Shown here: positions 49,437-59,915 of the stretch, piece by piece | Layout: the number at the start of each line of letters is the position of its first letter | Position numbering within the stretch: position 1 is the first letter of the stretch | Assembly (NCBI GenBank): GCA_017462265.1 | Contig: JAFTRN010000030.1 | Span: forward strand, 20,983 to 84,982 | Source: Coprobacter sp. | GTDB taxonomy: Bacteria; Bacteroidota; Bacteroidia; Bacteroidales; UBA11471 | DNA length: 64,000 nt | Direction of reading: 5' to 3' | Notes under the pieces: generated by a model | The model's database searches: none | What the model saw: the letters and a program-made list of their open reading frames with translations, nothing else | What the model was told of the DNA's origin: nothing | Made by a program: the position numbers and the translations under genes

Positions 49437-52052
49437 TTAGAGCGCTTCGCCGGTGGCGTCGTAGAAGTCGAATTTGTACGATGTTCCGGTGTTGGTAGCG
49501 GCCTTGGTAATGGTGTTGTTTCCTGCATTTACCATATCCACGAGAGTCTGACCATTGGCGGTGAAGGTGCTCGATGAGGCGGGAGCGTAGGTCTCATCGT
49601 CCCATATTTTCAGGGCGGCACGATTGTCTTTGGCACCATTCAATACCTCCAAGGTGTTGTTGCTGAAAGCTTTTACCTCGTTGGTGTTGGTGTATTGCTT
49701 GAACTCTTCGCTTTCTCTACCGTTGATTACCACCAAGTGGCTTTGGGTGTTTTTCACCTCGTTGTCGGTGAATTCCAGCTCATAATCGGCCATATAGAAG
49801 TACATACCATAATCGCTTGTGCCTTCTACACGGTCGTGTTTTTCGTTTTTGCCATCAATTTTGTTGCCGCTGACTTTGAGGGTGACTTTGCCACCGCTGT
49901 AGTCGATAAACTCGGCATTGTTGTTGATAATGTTCACTGTAGCGCAGTAAAGGCCTACGCCCAACTCTTTCGTAGTGAAGTTTTGGAAGGTGTAGTTACC
50001 GGCTTTGTCGATGCTGTTCATGCTTGCGGGACCGTTGAGCACTCCACCGGGGAAAAGTACTTTCACCTGTCCGGCGAAGGTGGCGTTTTTACCATCGAAA
50101 ATTTGAGTTTTTTCGCGAGAAGTAGTGATGGCTACATCGTCGGTGAAATCACCGCTGAAAGCGTAGGTCACACCGTCACCGTCGAATGTGGTGGTGGCCA
50201 AGGTGGCGGGAGTTACGGTTACTTGCATATAAGATACAGCGTCGATTTCGCCCGATTTGTAATCGGTCCAAGCGGTTTTCTCGGTCATGCTGTATTTGTA
50301 GGCGGTGGCTATACCGGCACGTTTGGTGAAGGTATTGTTCGAGGCCTCTACGAGAGTTATGAGGTCGTTACCGGCTTGGCTGTAAGCGTCGCTACCGGCC
50401 TCTTTGTTATATACATAGTCTCCCATGAAACTCAATGCTCCGGCACCTTCGGCGGTAACTTCGAGGCTGTTGCCGGCAAATGCGCTCACGTTGTTGGTAT
50501 AGTCGAGTGCGCCCCAGTTGGCGTCGTTCAGCGCCCAGCCGTTGATGACTACGGCACCACCGAGTGTGTTGCTTATCGAGTTGTTGTTGAAAGTGAGGTC
50601 GTAACCGGCTACATAGATGTAAACGCCCGGATCTCTTTCATACACGATACCGGCGGCGGGGTTGGTGTAATTTTTGTGTTTCACACCGTTACCATTGATG
50701 GTGTTGTTTTCGATGATGAGTTGCACGTTACCACCGTGGAAATCGAGCGATTCAAGGGTACAATTTGCAACCTTTACAGTGGTGTTGATAGGAGCGATCG
50801 AAAGTTCTTTGGCTGTAATATTGGTATAGGTATATTTACCGGTTTGAGCCTTACCGTCGATAGCCGATTGGTGGTCGAGGGGCGTTACCGAGTGTTGTAT
50901 CTGCAACTGTCCGGCAAAGGTGGCCTCGCTACCATCGAAGCCTTGATACAGACCTTCGGGGGTGGTGATGGTGATTCTTTCGTCGGTGAAGTCGCCTACG
51001 AATTTATAGGTTACCATATCGGCCGTGAAGTCGATGTTGGCAATGTTTTGGGGAGTGACGGTCACAGGGTCGGTCACCGGTTCTATGATTTCATTTTCGA
51101 AAGCCTCGTCGATGGTGATGGTGAACTCTGTGGCGGTGGTGAGCACGTTACCCAGGATAGTGGTGAGGTAGTTGCGTTGCACGGGTATCTGGGTGTCGAA
51201 CTCGTAAGAGCGTATCACGGTCTGCATGGCATCGTCCTCGTAAGCGGTGAGGGTGAAGTTTACCGGGGTTTGTTCGCCCTCTTTGCCGAAGATGTAATCT
51301 ACGAACAGGGTTTGTTTGCCGGCCTCGGCATCGTGGCCGTCCTCATAAGTGCCTGCTACTAAGTCGGCAGTGAACTCTTTGTTTACCATTTCGGTGGTAG
51401 AGAGTGCGCCGGTGATAGCACTGAACGAAGCAATATTGGCCGTAGAGTATTCTACTTTCACGGCTTCGGGTTGGGTACCTATTTTCAGGTCGGCAAGGTC
51501 GGTTGTTACCACGCGCAGTTTACCGAAGGGGCGACGCAGCGTGAGAGTTTCTTGCATATTGTCGGTCACCGTCACGTTTTGAGCCAGAAAGTAGGCGTCG
51601 CGGGTTTCGTCGTTGATAGCCTCGTCTTTCATTTTTATGTCGTTGAGGCTCTCGGTGTTGTAGTGTAGGTCGGCCGAGTCACCTTGGTTCACGGCATCGG
51701 CCCACAGTACGAATTTGTAGGTACGATTGGGGGTGAGACGCAGATTGAAAGTAGCGTCCTCGGGAGTGTCTTTGATTTCGATTTCGCGATCTTTTACAAG
51801 CTCTTTACCATCTTCGGTGTATATTTCGAGCATATAACGTAGGTCGTATTTGGTCCAATCTACGTTGGTGAGAGCACCTTTGGCACTGTTGGTTTTGTCG
51901 CCATAGGCACGAGTGAGAGCCATTACATCGGGAGTAGTGGCGTTGAGTGATACCAGTACATCATCGGCCGATGAGCCTGCGTCGTACATCTCTTCTTGGC
52001 ACGAAGCAAGTAACATAGCTGCCATCGTAGCCGAAAACAGAATTTTTTTCAT
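49437..52052 (-). CDS. surface lipoprotein, paralog B: the same N-terminal module as 39818..42235 plus two tandem ~265-aa C-terminal modules
   Basis: Lipobox LASC. Aa 1-318 are about 80% identical to paralog A, with 37-43-aa perfect runs. Aa ~329-595 and ~610-871 are clearly related to each other. Confidence 0.8.
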   Translation of the reverse strand: MKKILFSATMAAMLLASCQEEMYDAGSSADDVLVSLNATTPDVMALTRAYGDKTNSAKGALTNVDWTKYDLRYMLEIYTEDGKELVKDREIEIKDTPEDATFNLRLTPNRTYKFVLWADAVNQGDSADLHYNTESLNDIKMKDEAINDETRDAYFLAQNVTVTDNMQETLTLRRPFGKLRVVTTDLADLKIGTQPEAVKVEYSTANIASFSAITGALSTTEMVNKEFTADLVAGTYEDGHDAEAGKQTLFVDYIFGKEGEQTPVNFTLTAYEDDAMQTVIRSYEFDTQIPVQRNYLTTILGNVLTTATEFTITIDEAFENEIIEPVTDPVTVTPQNIANIDFTADMVTYKFVGDFTDERITITTPEGLYQGFDGSEATFAGQLQIQHSVTPLDHQSAIDGKAQTGKYTYTNITAKELSIAPINTTVKVANCTLESLDFHGGNVQLIIENNTINGNGVKHKNYTNPAAGIVYERDPGVYIYVAGYDLTFNNNSISNTLGGAVVINGWALNDANWGALDYTNNVSAFAGNSLEVTAEGAGALSFMGDYVYNKEAGSDAYSQAGNDLITLVEASNNTFTKRAGIATAYKYSMTEKTAWTDYKSGEIDAVSYMQVTVTPATLATTTFDGDGVTYAFSGDFTDDVAITTSREKTQIFDGKNATFAGQVKVLFPGGVLNGPASMNSIDKAGNYTFQNFTTKELGVGLYCATVNIINNNAEFIDYSGGKVTLKVSGNKIDGKNEKHDRVEGTSDYGMYFYMADYELEFTDNEVKNTQSHLVVINGRESEEFKQYTNTNEVKAFSNNTLEVLNGAKDNRAALKIWDDETYAPASSSTFTANGQTLVDMVNAGNNTITKAATNTGTSYKFDFYDATGEAL

Positions 52053-52302
52053 TTGATTTGAAATTTAAAATTTAGAATTTTATGTTTGTTATAGGTTTGT
52101 AAATAAGAGGGTTAATTATGCTATTATCAGAAGATGATTAGAGTTTTCTTTTTTAGAAAATTCAAAAACAGTCTCTTAAAAGTTGATCAACTCTCCACCT
52201 TTCACGATGCAAAAGTATAGAATAATTTTCAATTGTGAAAATTTTCAAAACTAAAATCGTGTATAAAGTTTTCTGTCCTCATGATTATGATTTTTGATTT
52301 TG

Positions 52303-52310
52303 CAAAGATA
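52303..52310 (-). promoter_or_regulatory. -7 promoter box (TATCTTTG on the minus strand) for paralog B
   Basis: TAnnTTTG about 250 nt upstream of the ATG. The upstream context resembles the paralog A promoter. Confidence 0.45.
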
Positions 52311-52551
52311 TAAATTATGACACAAATATGCTAACATTTTTTGAAAAAAATTGATAAATAATGCTTTTTTTGAGAAACGTGTTGGTAATCAGCGGGGAAG
52401 TAGCAATGAGGACCCCTGCGATGACAACAAGTCCGAAAATGGAATAAAGGGACAAGGTAGAGAGGTCCTAAATTAGTTGTGGTACGGGTGTATAATTGTA
52501 TCAAAAGGGTGGACTTTTTATCTGTGCTCTTGTGATTGATTTTTTATTCCC

Positions 52552-52559
52552 TAAATTTG
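52552..52559 (+). promoter_or_regulatory. -7 promoter box TAAATTTG for the GH95 gene
   Basis: TAnnTTTG, 41 nt upstream of the ATG at 52600. Confidence 0.4.
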
Positions 52560-52599
52560 CAAGACCGAACAGTAACAAACAAATCCTAACATATCGAAA

Positions 52600-55068
52600 A
52601 TGAAACTGAAAAGTATTGTGTGCGTAGCCCTGCTGGGGGCAATGGTGTTACTACCGGCACGTGCCGATAATGCCATGAAATTGTGGTACGACCGCCCTGC
52701 CTCGTTGTGGGTGGAGGCGTTACCGCTGGGTAACGGACGCCTGGGTGCTATGGTATATGGCGACCCTGTGCACGAACAATTCCAACTCAACGAGGAGACA
52801 GTGTGGGGCGGTTCACCTCATAACAATACCAACCCGAAGGCCAAAGAGGCGCTCGCCGAGATACGCCGATTGATTTTCGCGGGCGAGAACAAAAAAGCTC
52901 AAGAGTTGTGCGGACCGACTATCTGTTCGCCCCAAGCCAATGGTATGCCTTATCAGACGATAGGATCGTTGCATCTCGATTTCGAGGGGGTGGATAATTA
53001 CACCGATTTCTACCGTGATTTGGATATATCTCGCGCGGTGGCTACCACACGCTTCAAGGCCGACGGTGTGACCTACTGCCGTGAGGCTTTCACCTCGTTT
53101 ACCGACCAGTTGCTGATTGTGCGCCTCACCGCGTCGCAGAAGGGCAAAATATCGTTCTCGGCTCGCTATACGACCCTCTATGAAGATGCAAACTTCTCGG
53201 TCGATGGTAAGATGCTGCGCCTCGACGGCAAGGCAAGCGATCACGAGGGTATAGAGGGAAAGGTGCGCTTTACGACACTTACTCGCATCGACCGTAAGGG
53301 TGGTAAATGCGAGGTCGTAGGCGACACGCTGATACGTGTGTCGGGAGCCAACGAAGTGACCTTGTATGTATCGACGGGTACAAATTTTGTCAATTATAAA
53401 GATGTGACAGGTAATCAAGAACAGACGGCTAAGAATTACTTGAAAAATGCCGGAAAGAATTACAATAAAGCCCTGCAAGCGCACACTGCGGTGTATGCCA
53501 AGTATTTCGACCGCGTGTCGCTCGACCTCGGCTCGAACGAGCAGGCTGCCAAGCCTACCGATGTGCGTGTATGCGAATTTGAAAAGAAATTCGACCCTCA
53601 GTTGTCGGCACTTTATTTCCAATTCGGTCGTTATCTGCTCATCTCAAGTTCTCAACCCGGAGGCCAGGCAGCCAACCTACAAGGCATTTGGAATTACAAG
53701 TTGCGTGCCCCTTGGGACGGAAAATATACGACCGACATCAATGTGGAAATGAATTATTGGCCGGCCGAGATAACCAATCTTATGGAAATACATATTCCTT
53801 TCCTCGATCTTGTGAAACGAGTGGCCGACCAGGGCCGGCAATCGGCGGCGATGTATGGCTGTCGTGGTTGGACATTGCACCACAATACCGACATTTGGGC
53901 CTCGACCGGTGCTGTCGATGGACCCAATTACGGCGTGTGGCCCACGTGTAACGCCTGGTTCTGCCAGCATTTGTGGGACCGCTATCTGTTCTCGGGCGAC
54001 ACGACTTATCTGCAAGAGGCCTATCCACTCATGCGTGGGGCTTGTGAATTCTATCTCGACTTCTTGGTGCGCGAGCCCGAAAATAATTGGTTGGTCGTGT
54101 CCCCCTCGTATTCGCCCGAAAATTCGCCCAATGTGAATGGTAAACGCACCTTTGTGGTCGTGGCCGGTACGACGATGGACAATCAGATGGTGTATGACCT
54201 TTTCCGTAATACCATAGAGGCTGCCACCGTGGTAGGCGAGGAGGTCGCTTTTGTCGATAGCTTGCAAATGGTAGCCGATAATCTCGCGCCTATGCAGGTG
54301 GGCCGTTGGGGCCAGTTGCAGGAATGGATGCACGACTGGGATAATCCCAAAGATCGTCACCGTCATATCTCTCACCTGTGGGGCCTCTATCCCGGTCGCC
54401 AGATAACCTACAATACCCCGGTGCTGATGGAGGCTGCCAAGCAGACGCTCTACGGTCGTGGCGACCATTCTACCGGTTGGTCTATGGGCTGGAAAGTGTG
54501 CTTGTGGGCTCGCTTGCTCGATGGCAATCATGCCTATAAACTTATAACGGAACAGATACGCCCCACGACCGAGGAGTCGGGACAGAACGGTGGTACATAT
54601 CCCAACCTGTTTGATGCGCACCCACCGTTCCAGATTGACGGAAACTTCGGTTGTACGGCCGGTATAGCCGAGATGTTTGTACAGAGCCATGCAGGTGCGG
54701 TACATCTTCTGCCTGCGCTTCCCGATGTGTGGAAACAGGGTGTGGTGAAGGGCTTACGTTGCCGTGGCGGTTTCACCGTCGATGAACTCTCGTGGACGAA
54801 TAATGCCGTGAAAGAGGTGCGTATAACCTCTACGATAGGAGGTACGTTACGCATACGCTCGGCCGTGCCCCTTACGTGCGACAGCAAAGAATTGAAACCG
54901 TTGAAATCCACAGCCGAGGCAGCCGGTCCGCTGTTGGCGGCTCAGGCCATACGGCGTCCGCTCATATCGCCCGAGGCTCCTATCAATACCATACCATCGA
55001 CCGATAAGGTTTATTACTACGATATACCCACCGAGGCGGGCGTTACCTATACCCTCCGCGGGGAATAA
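52600..55068 (+). CDS. glycoside hydrolase family 95 (alpha-L-fucosidase type)
   Basis: [29 protein letters not shown]...[10 protein letters not shown]. Later [29 protein letters not shown] and FQIDGNFG. Confidence 0.9.
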   Translation: MKLKSIVCVALLGAMVLLPARADNAMKLWYDRPASLWVEALPLGNGRLGAMVYGDPVHEQFQLNEETVWGGSPHNNTNPKAKEALAEIRRLIFAGENKKAQELCGPTICSPQANGMPYQTIGSLHLDFEGVDNYTDFYRDLDISRAVATTRFKADGVTYCREAFTSFTDQLLIVRLTASQKGKISFSARYTTLYEDANFSVDGKMLRLDGKASDHEGIEGKVRFTTLTRIDRKGGKCEVVGDTLIRVSGANEVTLYVSTGTNFVNYKDVTGNQEQTAKNYLKNAGKNYNKALQAHTAVYAKYFDRVSLDLGSNEQAAKPTDVRVCEFEKKFDPQLSALYFQFGRYLLISSSQPGGQAANLQGIWNYKLRAPWDGKYTTDINVEMNYWPAEITNLMEIHIPFLDLVKRVADQGRQSAAMYGCRGWTLHHNTDIWASTGAVDGPNYGVWPTCNAWFCQHLWDRYLFSGDTTYLQEAYPLMRGACEFYLDFLVREPENNWLVVSPSYSPENSPNVNGKRTFVVVAGTTMDNQMVYDLFRNTIEAATVVGEEVAFVDSLQMVADNLAPMQVGRWGQLQEWMHDWDNPKDRHRHISHLWGLYPGRQITYNTPVLMEAAKQTLYGRGDHSTGWSMGWKVCLWARLLDGNHAYKLITEQIRPTTEESGQNGGTYPNLFDAHPPFQIDGNFGCTAGIAEMFVQSHAGAVHLLPALPDVWKQGVVKGLRCRGGFTVDELSWTNNAVKEVRITSTIGGTLRIRSAVPLTCDSKELKPLKSTAEAAGPLLAAQAIRRPLISPEAPINTIPSTDKVYYYDIPTEAGVTYTLRGE

Positions 55069-55087
55069 TGGTGTGATAATATATCAT

Positions 55088-55120
55088 AGAGGCGCGTATC
55101 ACAATCCGATACGCGCCTCT
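55088..55120 (+). terminator. GH95 terminator
   Basis: Perfect 13-bp stem AGAGGCGCGTATC / GATACGCGCCTCT. Confidence 0.7.
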
Positions 55121-55208
55121 TGTATTCAATAAGAGAATAAAAAGACGGGGTCAGATCATCACATGGTCGGCCCTGTCTTGATTATGTGGTAAGGATTTGT
55201 TTTGATGA

Positions 55209-56489
55209 TTAGTAAGCAAACAAGGGGTATGCTTTCATCGTTTCGTTTACTTTCTCGCGTACGCTCTTTATAACGGTATCGTTTTCGGGAGCGGCAAGTA
55301 CGGTATCGACCATCTCTACGATTTCGAGCATGAGGTCCTCTTTTGCACCGCGTGTGGTGATGGCCGGTGTGCCGAGACGAATACCCGAGGTCTGGAACGG
55401 TGAGCGGCTGTCGAAGGGTACCATATTCTTGTTGGCGGTGATGTCGGCGGCAACGAGGGCTTTCTCGGCCACTTTACCGGTGAGTTCGGGGTATTTGGTA
55501 CGCAAGTCGATGAGCATACAGTGGTTGTCGGTACCGTTGGAGATGATTTTGTAGCCTTTGTCGATGAATGCTTGAGCCATGACAGCGGCATTTTTCTTCA
55601 CCTGTTGTTGGTACTCCTTGTATTCGGGTTGCAGAGCCTCTCCGAAAGCCACGGCTTTGGCGGCGATTACGTGTTCGAGCGGACCGCCTTGCACGCCGGG
55701 GAATACGGCCGAGTCGAGCAGTGCCGACATTTTTTTGATTTCACCTTTCGGAGTAGTTTTGCCCCAAGGATTTTCAAAGTCTTTGCCCATCAAGATGATA
55801 CCGCCACGGGGACCACGGAGAGTCTTGTGGGTGGTCGAGGTCACGATATGGGCATATTTCAGCGGGTTGTCGAGCAATCCGGCGGCGATGAGACCGGCGG
55901 GGTGAGCCATATCTATCATGAAGATGGCGCCGATTTCGTCGGCGATACGGCGCATGCGGGCGTAGTCCCACTCGCGAGAGTAGGCCGATGCACCACCGAT
56001 GAGCAATTTCGGACGTTCACGCAGGGCTACCTCTTCCATCATATCGTAATCAACATATCCGGTGTCTTCTTTCACACCATATTCGAGGGCTTGGAACATC
56101 AATCCCGAGAAATTAACGGGAGAACCGTGCGACAAGTGTCCGCCGTGCGAAAGATTCAAACCGAGGAATTTATCACCGGGGTTCATTACAGCCATGAATA
56201 CAGCCATATTGGCTTGTGCGCCCGAGTGAGGTTGTACGTTGGCCCATTCGGCGCCGAATATCTCTTTCAAGCGGTCGATGGCCAATTGTTCGGCTTGGTC
56301 CACCACCTCGCAACCACCATAATAACGTTTGCCGGGATAGCCCTCGGCATATTTATTGGTGAGGCAAGAGCCCATGGCTTGCATTACTTGTTCGCTCACA
56401 AAGTTTTCCGAGGCGATAAGCTCAATACCTTTCATTTGGCGTTGATGTTCGCGGTCGATGATGTCAAAGATAGCGTTGTCTCTCTGCAT
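55209..56489 (-). CDS. glyA: serine hydroxymethyltransferase
   Basis: [21 protein letters not shown] and [15 protein letters not shown] (PLP lysine). The start MQRDNAIFD at 56489 is preferred. The promoter box lies at 56553-56560. Confidence 0.95.
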   Translation of the reverse strand: MQRDNAIFDIIDREHQRQMKGIELIASENFVSEQVMQAMGSCLTNKYAEGYPGKRYYGGCEVVDQAEQLAIDRLKEIFGAEWANVQPHSGAQANMAVFMAVMNPGDKFLGLNLSHGGHLSHGSPVNFSGLMFQALEYGVKEDTGYVDYDMMEEVALRERPKLLIGGASAYSREWDYARMRRIADEIGAIFMIDMAHPAGLIAAGLLDNPLKYAHIVTSTTHKTLRGPRGGIILMGKDFENPWGKTTPKGEIKKMSALLDSAVFPGVQGGPLEHVIAAKAVAFGEALQPEYKEYQQQVKKNAAVMAQAFIDKGYKIISNGTDNHCMLIDLRTKYPELTGKVAEKALVAADITANKNMVPFDSRSPFQTSGIRLGTPAITTRGAKEDLMLEIVEMVDTVLAAPENDTVIKSVREKVNETMKAYPLFAY

Positions 56490-56586
56490 TGTTTTTTGTT
56501 TTATAGGGTTATTATCTTTTTTACCGTTAAGAATTTTTTTGTAATGAAAGTGCAAAGATAGTGCTTTTGTCGTTTATGCTCAATAT

Positions 56587-57189
56587 TTACTTTCTTTTTT
56601 TCTCGACCGACCAGCCAAATTTTCCGATAGGGGCTCCGGTTTCGTAGTAGTGTCCGTGAGAATATACGAGCAGTCCGGCTTTTTCCATATCGAAAGCGCC
56701 GGTCGCGGTGTCGATATATGCACAGTCGGCAAGAACGCCTTCTACGTCGGCGATAAACATATCGTGACTGCCGAGTCGCAGAATCTCACGCACTCGGCAC
56801 TCGATGCTCATGGGGGCCTCTTTCAGGTAGGGAGCGGCAACTTTTTCCGAAGCTACGGGGGTGAGACCGCACTCGGCAAATTTGTCATAGTCCTTTCCCG
56901 AACGTACTCCGCACCAGTCGGTGGCTCGTGCCAACTCTTCGGTCGTGAGGTTTATGACAAAAGCCATGTTTTTCTCGATGATGGGGTGGGAGTGTCGTTC
57001 GGGACGCACCGATACGTAACACATGGGCGGATTGCTGCATATTGTTCCTACCCAGCTTGCTGTGAGCACGTTGTATTCATCGGGAGTGGCGCCACAACTG
57101 ATGAGGGCCGCCGGCAACGGATATATCATGGTGCCCGGTTTCCAGGCAACTTTTTCGCCTGAGGCTGCAATTTTCTTCTTTTCGCTCAT
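56587..57189 (-). CDS. flavin reductase-like FMN-binding domain protein
   Basis: PLPAALISCG....NVLTASWVGTICSNPPMCYVSVRPERHS is typical of the flavin reductase-like domain. The internal start MSEKKK at 57189 is preferred. Confidence 0.75.
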   Translation of the reverse strand: MSEKKKIAASGEKVAWKPGTMIYPLPAALISCGATPDEYNVLTASWVGTICSNPPMCYVSVRPERHSHPIIEKNMAFVINLTTEELARATDWCGVRSGKDYDKFAECGLTPVASEKVAAPYLKEAPMSIECRVREILRLGSHDMFIADVEGVLADCAYIDTATGAFDMEKAGLLVYSHGHYYETGAPIGKFGWSVEKKRK

Positions 57190-57312
57190 AATGATGTTTT
57201 TGATTCTTTCCACAAATGTAGAAAATATTTCTGATACATGAGAATTTTGTATAGAAACGACTGCGAAAAAGTTTTTGCGGTCGCGATGTTGCTCATTTTT
57301 ATAAAAAAGAGT

Positions 57313-57320
57313 TACCTTTG
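57313..57320 (+). promoter_or_regulatory. -7 promoter box TACCTTTG for the GT2 / GT-C pair
   Basis: TAnnTTTG, 22 nt upstream of the ATG at 57342. Confidence 0.4.
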
Positions 57321-57341
57321 CAACGTCTAAAAACATACCAG

Positions 57342-58088
57342 ATGATACACAATAAAAAAGTCGTGGTGGTGATGCCGGCCTATAATGCCGAGAAAACCTT
57401 GAAACAGACCTACGACGAGATCCCCTTTGATATTGTAGATGATGTGATTCTCACCGATGATTGCAGTAAAGACCACACGGTAGAAGAGGCCGGTCGCCTT
57501 GGCATAAAAGAGGTGCTGGTACATGAACACAACAAGGGCTATGGTGGTAATCAGAAGACCTGCTATAATAGGGCATTGGAGTTGGGTGCCGACATCGTGA
57601 TAATGGTGCACCCCGACTATCAGTACACCCCCAAGCTCATCGCTTCCATGGCCTATGTCATAGCCAACGATGTGTATCCCGTGGTACTTGCCTCGCGCAT
57701 ACTGGGCAAGGGCGCTCGCCGAGGCGGTATGCCATTGGTGAAATATGTGGCCAATCGTGTGCTGACGTTTATACAGAATACCCTGCTCAGTCAGAAACTC
57801 TCGGAATATCATACCGGGTATCGGGCATTCTCGGCCGACGTGTTGCGTGCCATCGATTATAATGTGAATTCCGACGATTTCGTATTCGACAACGAAATGC
57901 TGGCTCAGATATTCTATGCCGGGTTTGAGATAGGCGAGGTGACCTGTCCCACCAAATATTTTGCCGAGGCCTCGTCGATAAACCTGCGTCGCAGCAGTAT
58001 CTACGGTCTGGGCGTATTGCGTGTGTCGATGGTGTATCGCTTGTGTAAATGGGGCTTGATGCGCTCGCGATTGTTTCGTAAAAAATAG
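57342..58088 (+). CDS. family 2 glycosyltransferase (polyprenyl-phosphate sugar synthase / DPM1-like)
   Basis: VVVVMPAYNAEKTL...DDVILTDDCSKDHT...HNKGYGGNQK...VMVHPDYQYTP. Confidence 0.85.
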   Translation: MIHNKKVVVVMPAYNAEKTLKQTYDEIPFDIVDDVILTDDCSKDHTVEEAGRLGIKEVLVHEHNKGYGGNQKTCYNRALELGADIVIMVHPDYQYTPKLIASMAYVIANDVYPVVLASRILGKGARRGGMPLVKYVANRVLTFIQNTLLSQKLSEYHTGYRAFSADVLRAIDYNVNSDDFVFDNEMLAQIFYAGFEIGEVTCPTKYFAEASSINLRRSSIYGLGVLRVSMVYRLCKWGLMRSRLFRKK

Positions 58089-58106
58089 CCATTAATCACC
58101 CACATT

Positions 58107-59681
58107 ATGAAAAAATATCTCCCGATAGCGATTATCGCGCTGCTGTTTGCGGTAATATACTCCTATTGTTTCGACTCCAAGCTCGACCTTAACGGCGATA
58201 ACGCCTCCTACATACAGTTGGCTCGCACGCTTGCCGACGGGCTGGGCTATTCCAACACGTCACCATCGGGAGTGGTGCCGGCCAGCCATTTCCCGCCGGG
58301 CTATCCGGCTTTCTTGGCTTTTTTTGTGTGGATAGGAATAGATAACCTATTGTTTTTCAAGATAACCAATGGCGTATTGCTACTGCTTTCGGTGGTGGCT
58401 CTTTATTGGCTCTCGCATCGCCTCACAGGTAATCGTGCAACGGCTCTCACGGCCTCGCTCTTGGTGTGTTTTTCGCCTCATTTGATGCACTTTGCTTCTA
58501 TGGCAATGTCCGAAATGCTCTATTTGGCTTGTACCGTAGCGGCTTTTGTGGCGCTCTATCGCTACGCCGTGCGTCGCCCGTCGCCTTTCTATCGGTCGCC
58601 GTGGTTCTATGCGGCTATTGGCGCGGCAGTAGGTGCTTACTATGTGCGTACGGTGGGTGCTTCGATACTATTTGCGGTTGTCGTCTTTTTCCTGTTCCGT
58701 AAGGAGTGGAAAGCCTCTTTGGGGGCTGTGGGTGGTATTTTACTCTTGCTCATGCCTTGGTCGTTGCGCAATGCCGCATACGGCATAGAGTCGCGCTATT
58801 TCGGTACGATTATGACCGTAAATCCGTGGCGTCCCGAGTTGGGTACGGTATCGAGTGTAGGCGAGATGATTTCCAAGATGGTGACAAATTTTGACGAGAC
58901 GGTACTCAAAGGTTTCCGCGAGATACTGTTCCCGTTTCTCAATATCAACTATCAAGAACCTTCGGGCTTTGTGGCTGTCGTGGCCGGACTGTTGGTGCTC
59001 TCTATCGTGTCGTATGGCTGTTGGTTGCTTGGCGGTCGTAATTTTCGCTATCCCTTTTTAGCGCTCATATTGGCCAATATCGGACTTTTTGCCCTGTGGC
59101 ATGGCGGTAACGGCAGTCGTTATGTGGTGCCTGTAGCTCCATTCCTATACCTGTTTTTCTATTTTGGTTTGTATGGTCTTGTGGCGCTTGCTGTCCGCCG
59201 GGTGACGAAAATCGACCTCGCTGCTCGTTGGTCGGGACGCTGGGTGTATTTGTGTCTGCTGTTGGCCGTGCCCATGTCCTCGCCGATACAGGCTCAGGCC
59301 GAGACGTCGGCCCGTACTTTCCCGCCTGCCTATCGCAACTATTTCGCTATAGCCGAGGTGATGCAGAAACAGCACCCTGCCGGTGCCGTGGTATCGTGTC
59401 GTAAGCCCGAATTGTTCAGTTATTACGCGCCGTCGCATTACGCCTCGCGCTATCTCTTTACCAAAGATGCCGACCAGCTTATTGCCGACTTGCTGAAACG
59501 AAAGGTCGATTATGTCATACTCGAGCAATTGGGTTACAGCTCTACGGCGCTCTATCTCTATCCGGCCATACAGCGTTACCCGGCACTTTTCCCGGTGGTA
59601 TATCAGCTACCCAATCCCGAGACCTATCTCTTGCGGTTTGACAAGGTCGCAGCCGAGAAACTCCTCGCCGAGAAACAATAA
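58107..59681 (+). CDS. GT-C fold membrane glycosyltransferase (ArnT/PMT_2-like)
   Basis: 524 aa with many TM segments. The N-terminal periplasmic-loop motif is LDLNGDNASYIQLARTLADGLGY. It lies directly downstream of the GT2 gene. Confidence 0.7.
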   Translation: MKKYLPIAIIALLFAVIYSYCFDSKLDLNGDNASYIQLARTLADGLGYSNTSPSGVVPASHFPPGYPAFLAFFVWIGIDNLLFFKITNGVLLLLSVVALYWLSHRLTGNRATALTASLLVCFSPHLMHFASMAMSEMLYLACTVAAFVALYRYAVRRPSPFYRSPWFYAAIGAAVGAYYVRTVGASILFAVVVFFLFRKEWKASLGAVGGILLLLMPWSLRNAAYGIESRYFGTIMTVNPWRPELGTVSSVGEMISKMVTNFDETVLKGFREILFPFLNINYQEPSGFVAVVAGLLVLSIVSYGCWLLGGRNFRYPFLALILANIGLFALWHGGNGSRYVVPVAPFLYLFFYFGLYGLVALAVRRVTKIDLAARWSGRWVYLCLLLAVPMSSPIQAQAETSARTFPPAYRNYFAIAEVMQKQHPAGAVVSCRKPELFSYYAPSHYASRYLFTKDADQLIADLLKRKVDYVILEQLGYSSTALYLYPAIQRYPALFPVVYQLPNPETYLLRFDKVAAEKLLAEKQ

Positions 59682-59915
59682 CGATACAGAAATATTTCTG
59701 GAAAACGCCCTTATCTCATTCCGATAGGGGCGCTTTTTACTTGTAGAGAGTAAAAGAATCATTGAAAATGAACTTTCCTACTCAAAGTTTATTTTTTTTT
59801 CGGAGAGAAAAGTAAACGGGTTCTGAAATATTTACACTATCTTTGAACCCAAATAGATTGTCGGCAACTTCGAGAAAATGCCGTATAAAGTCAGTAAAAT
59901 GTAAAAAAAATATAT

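Noticed and set aside
52230-52360. Possible invertible promoter (inverted repeats flanking the paralog B promoter).
   Set aside because: The candidate repeats (CAATTGTGAAAATTTTCAAAA and CAATTTTTTTCAAAAA) are imperfect and made of A/T runs, so they are indistinguishable from chance in this AT-rich spacer.
52380-52545. A ~160-nt moderately GC-rich stretch between the paralog B promoter region and the GH95 promoter, considered as a possible small RNA or riboswitch.
   Set aside because: It has only short, imperfect hairpins and no resemblance that I can see to known RNA families (SRP, 6S, RNase P, tmRNA, common riboswitches). It cannot be supported without covariance or expression data.
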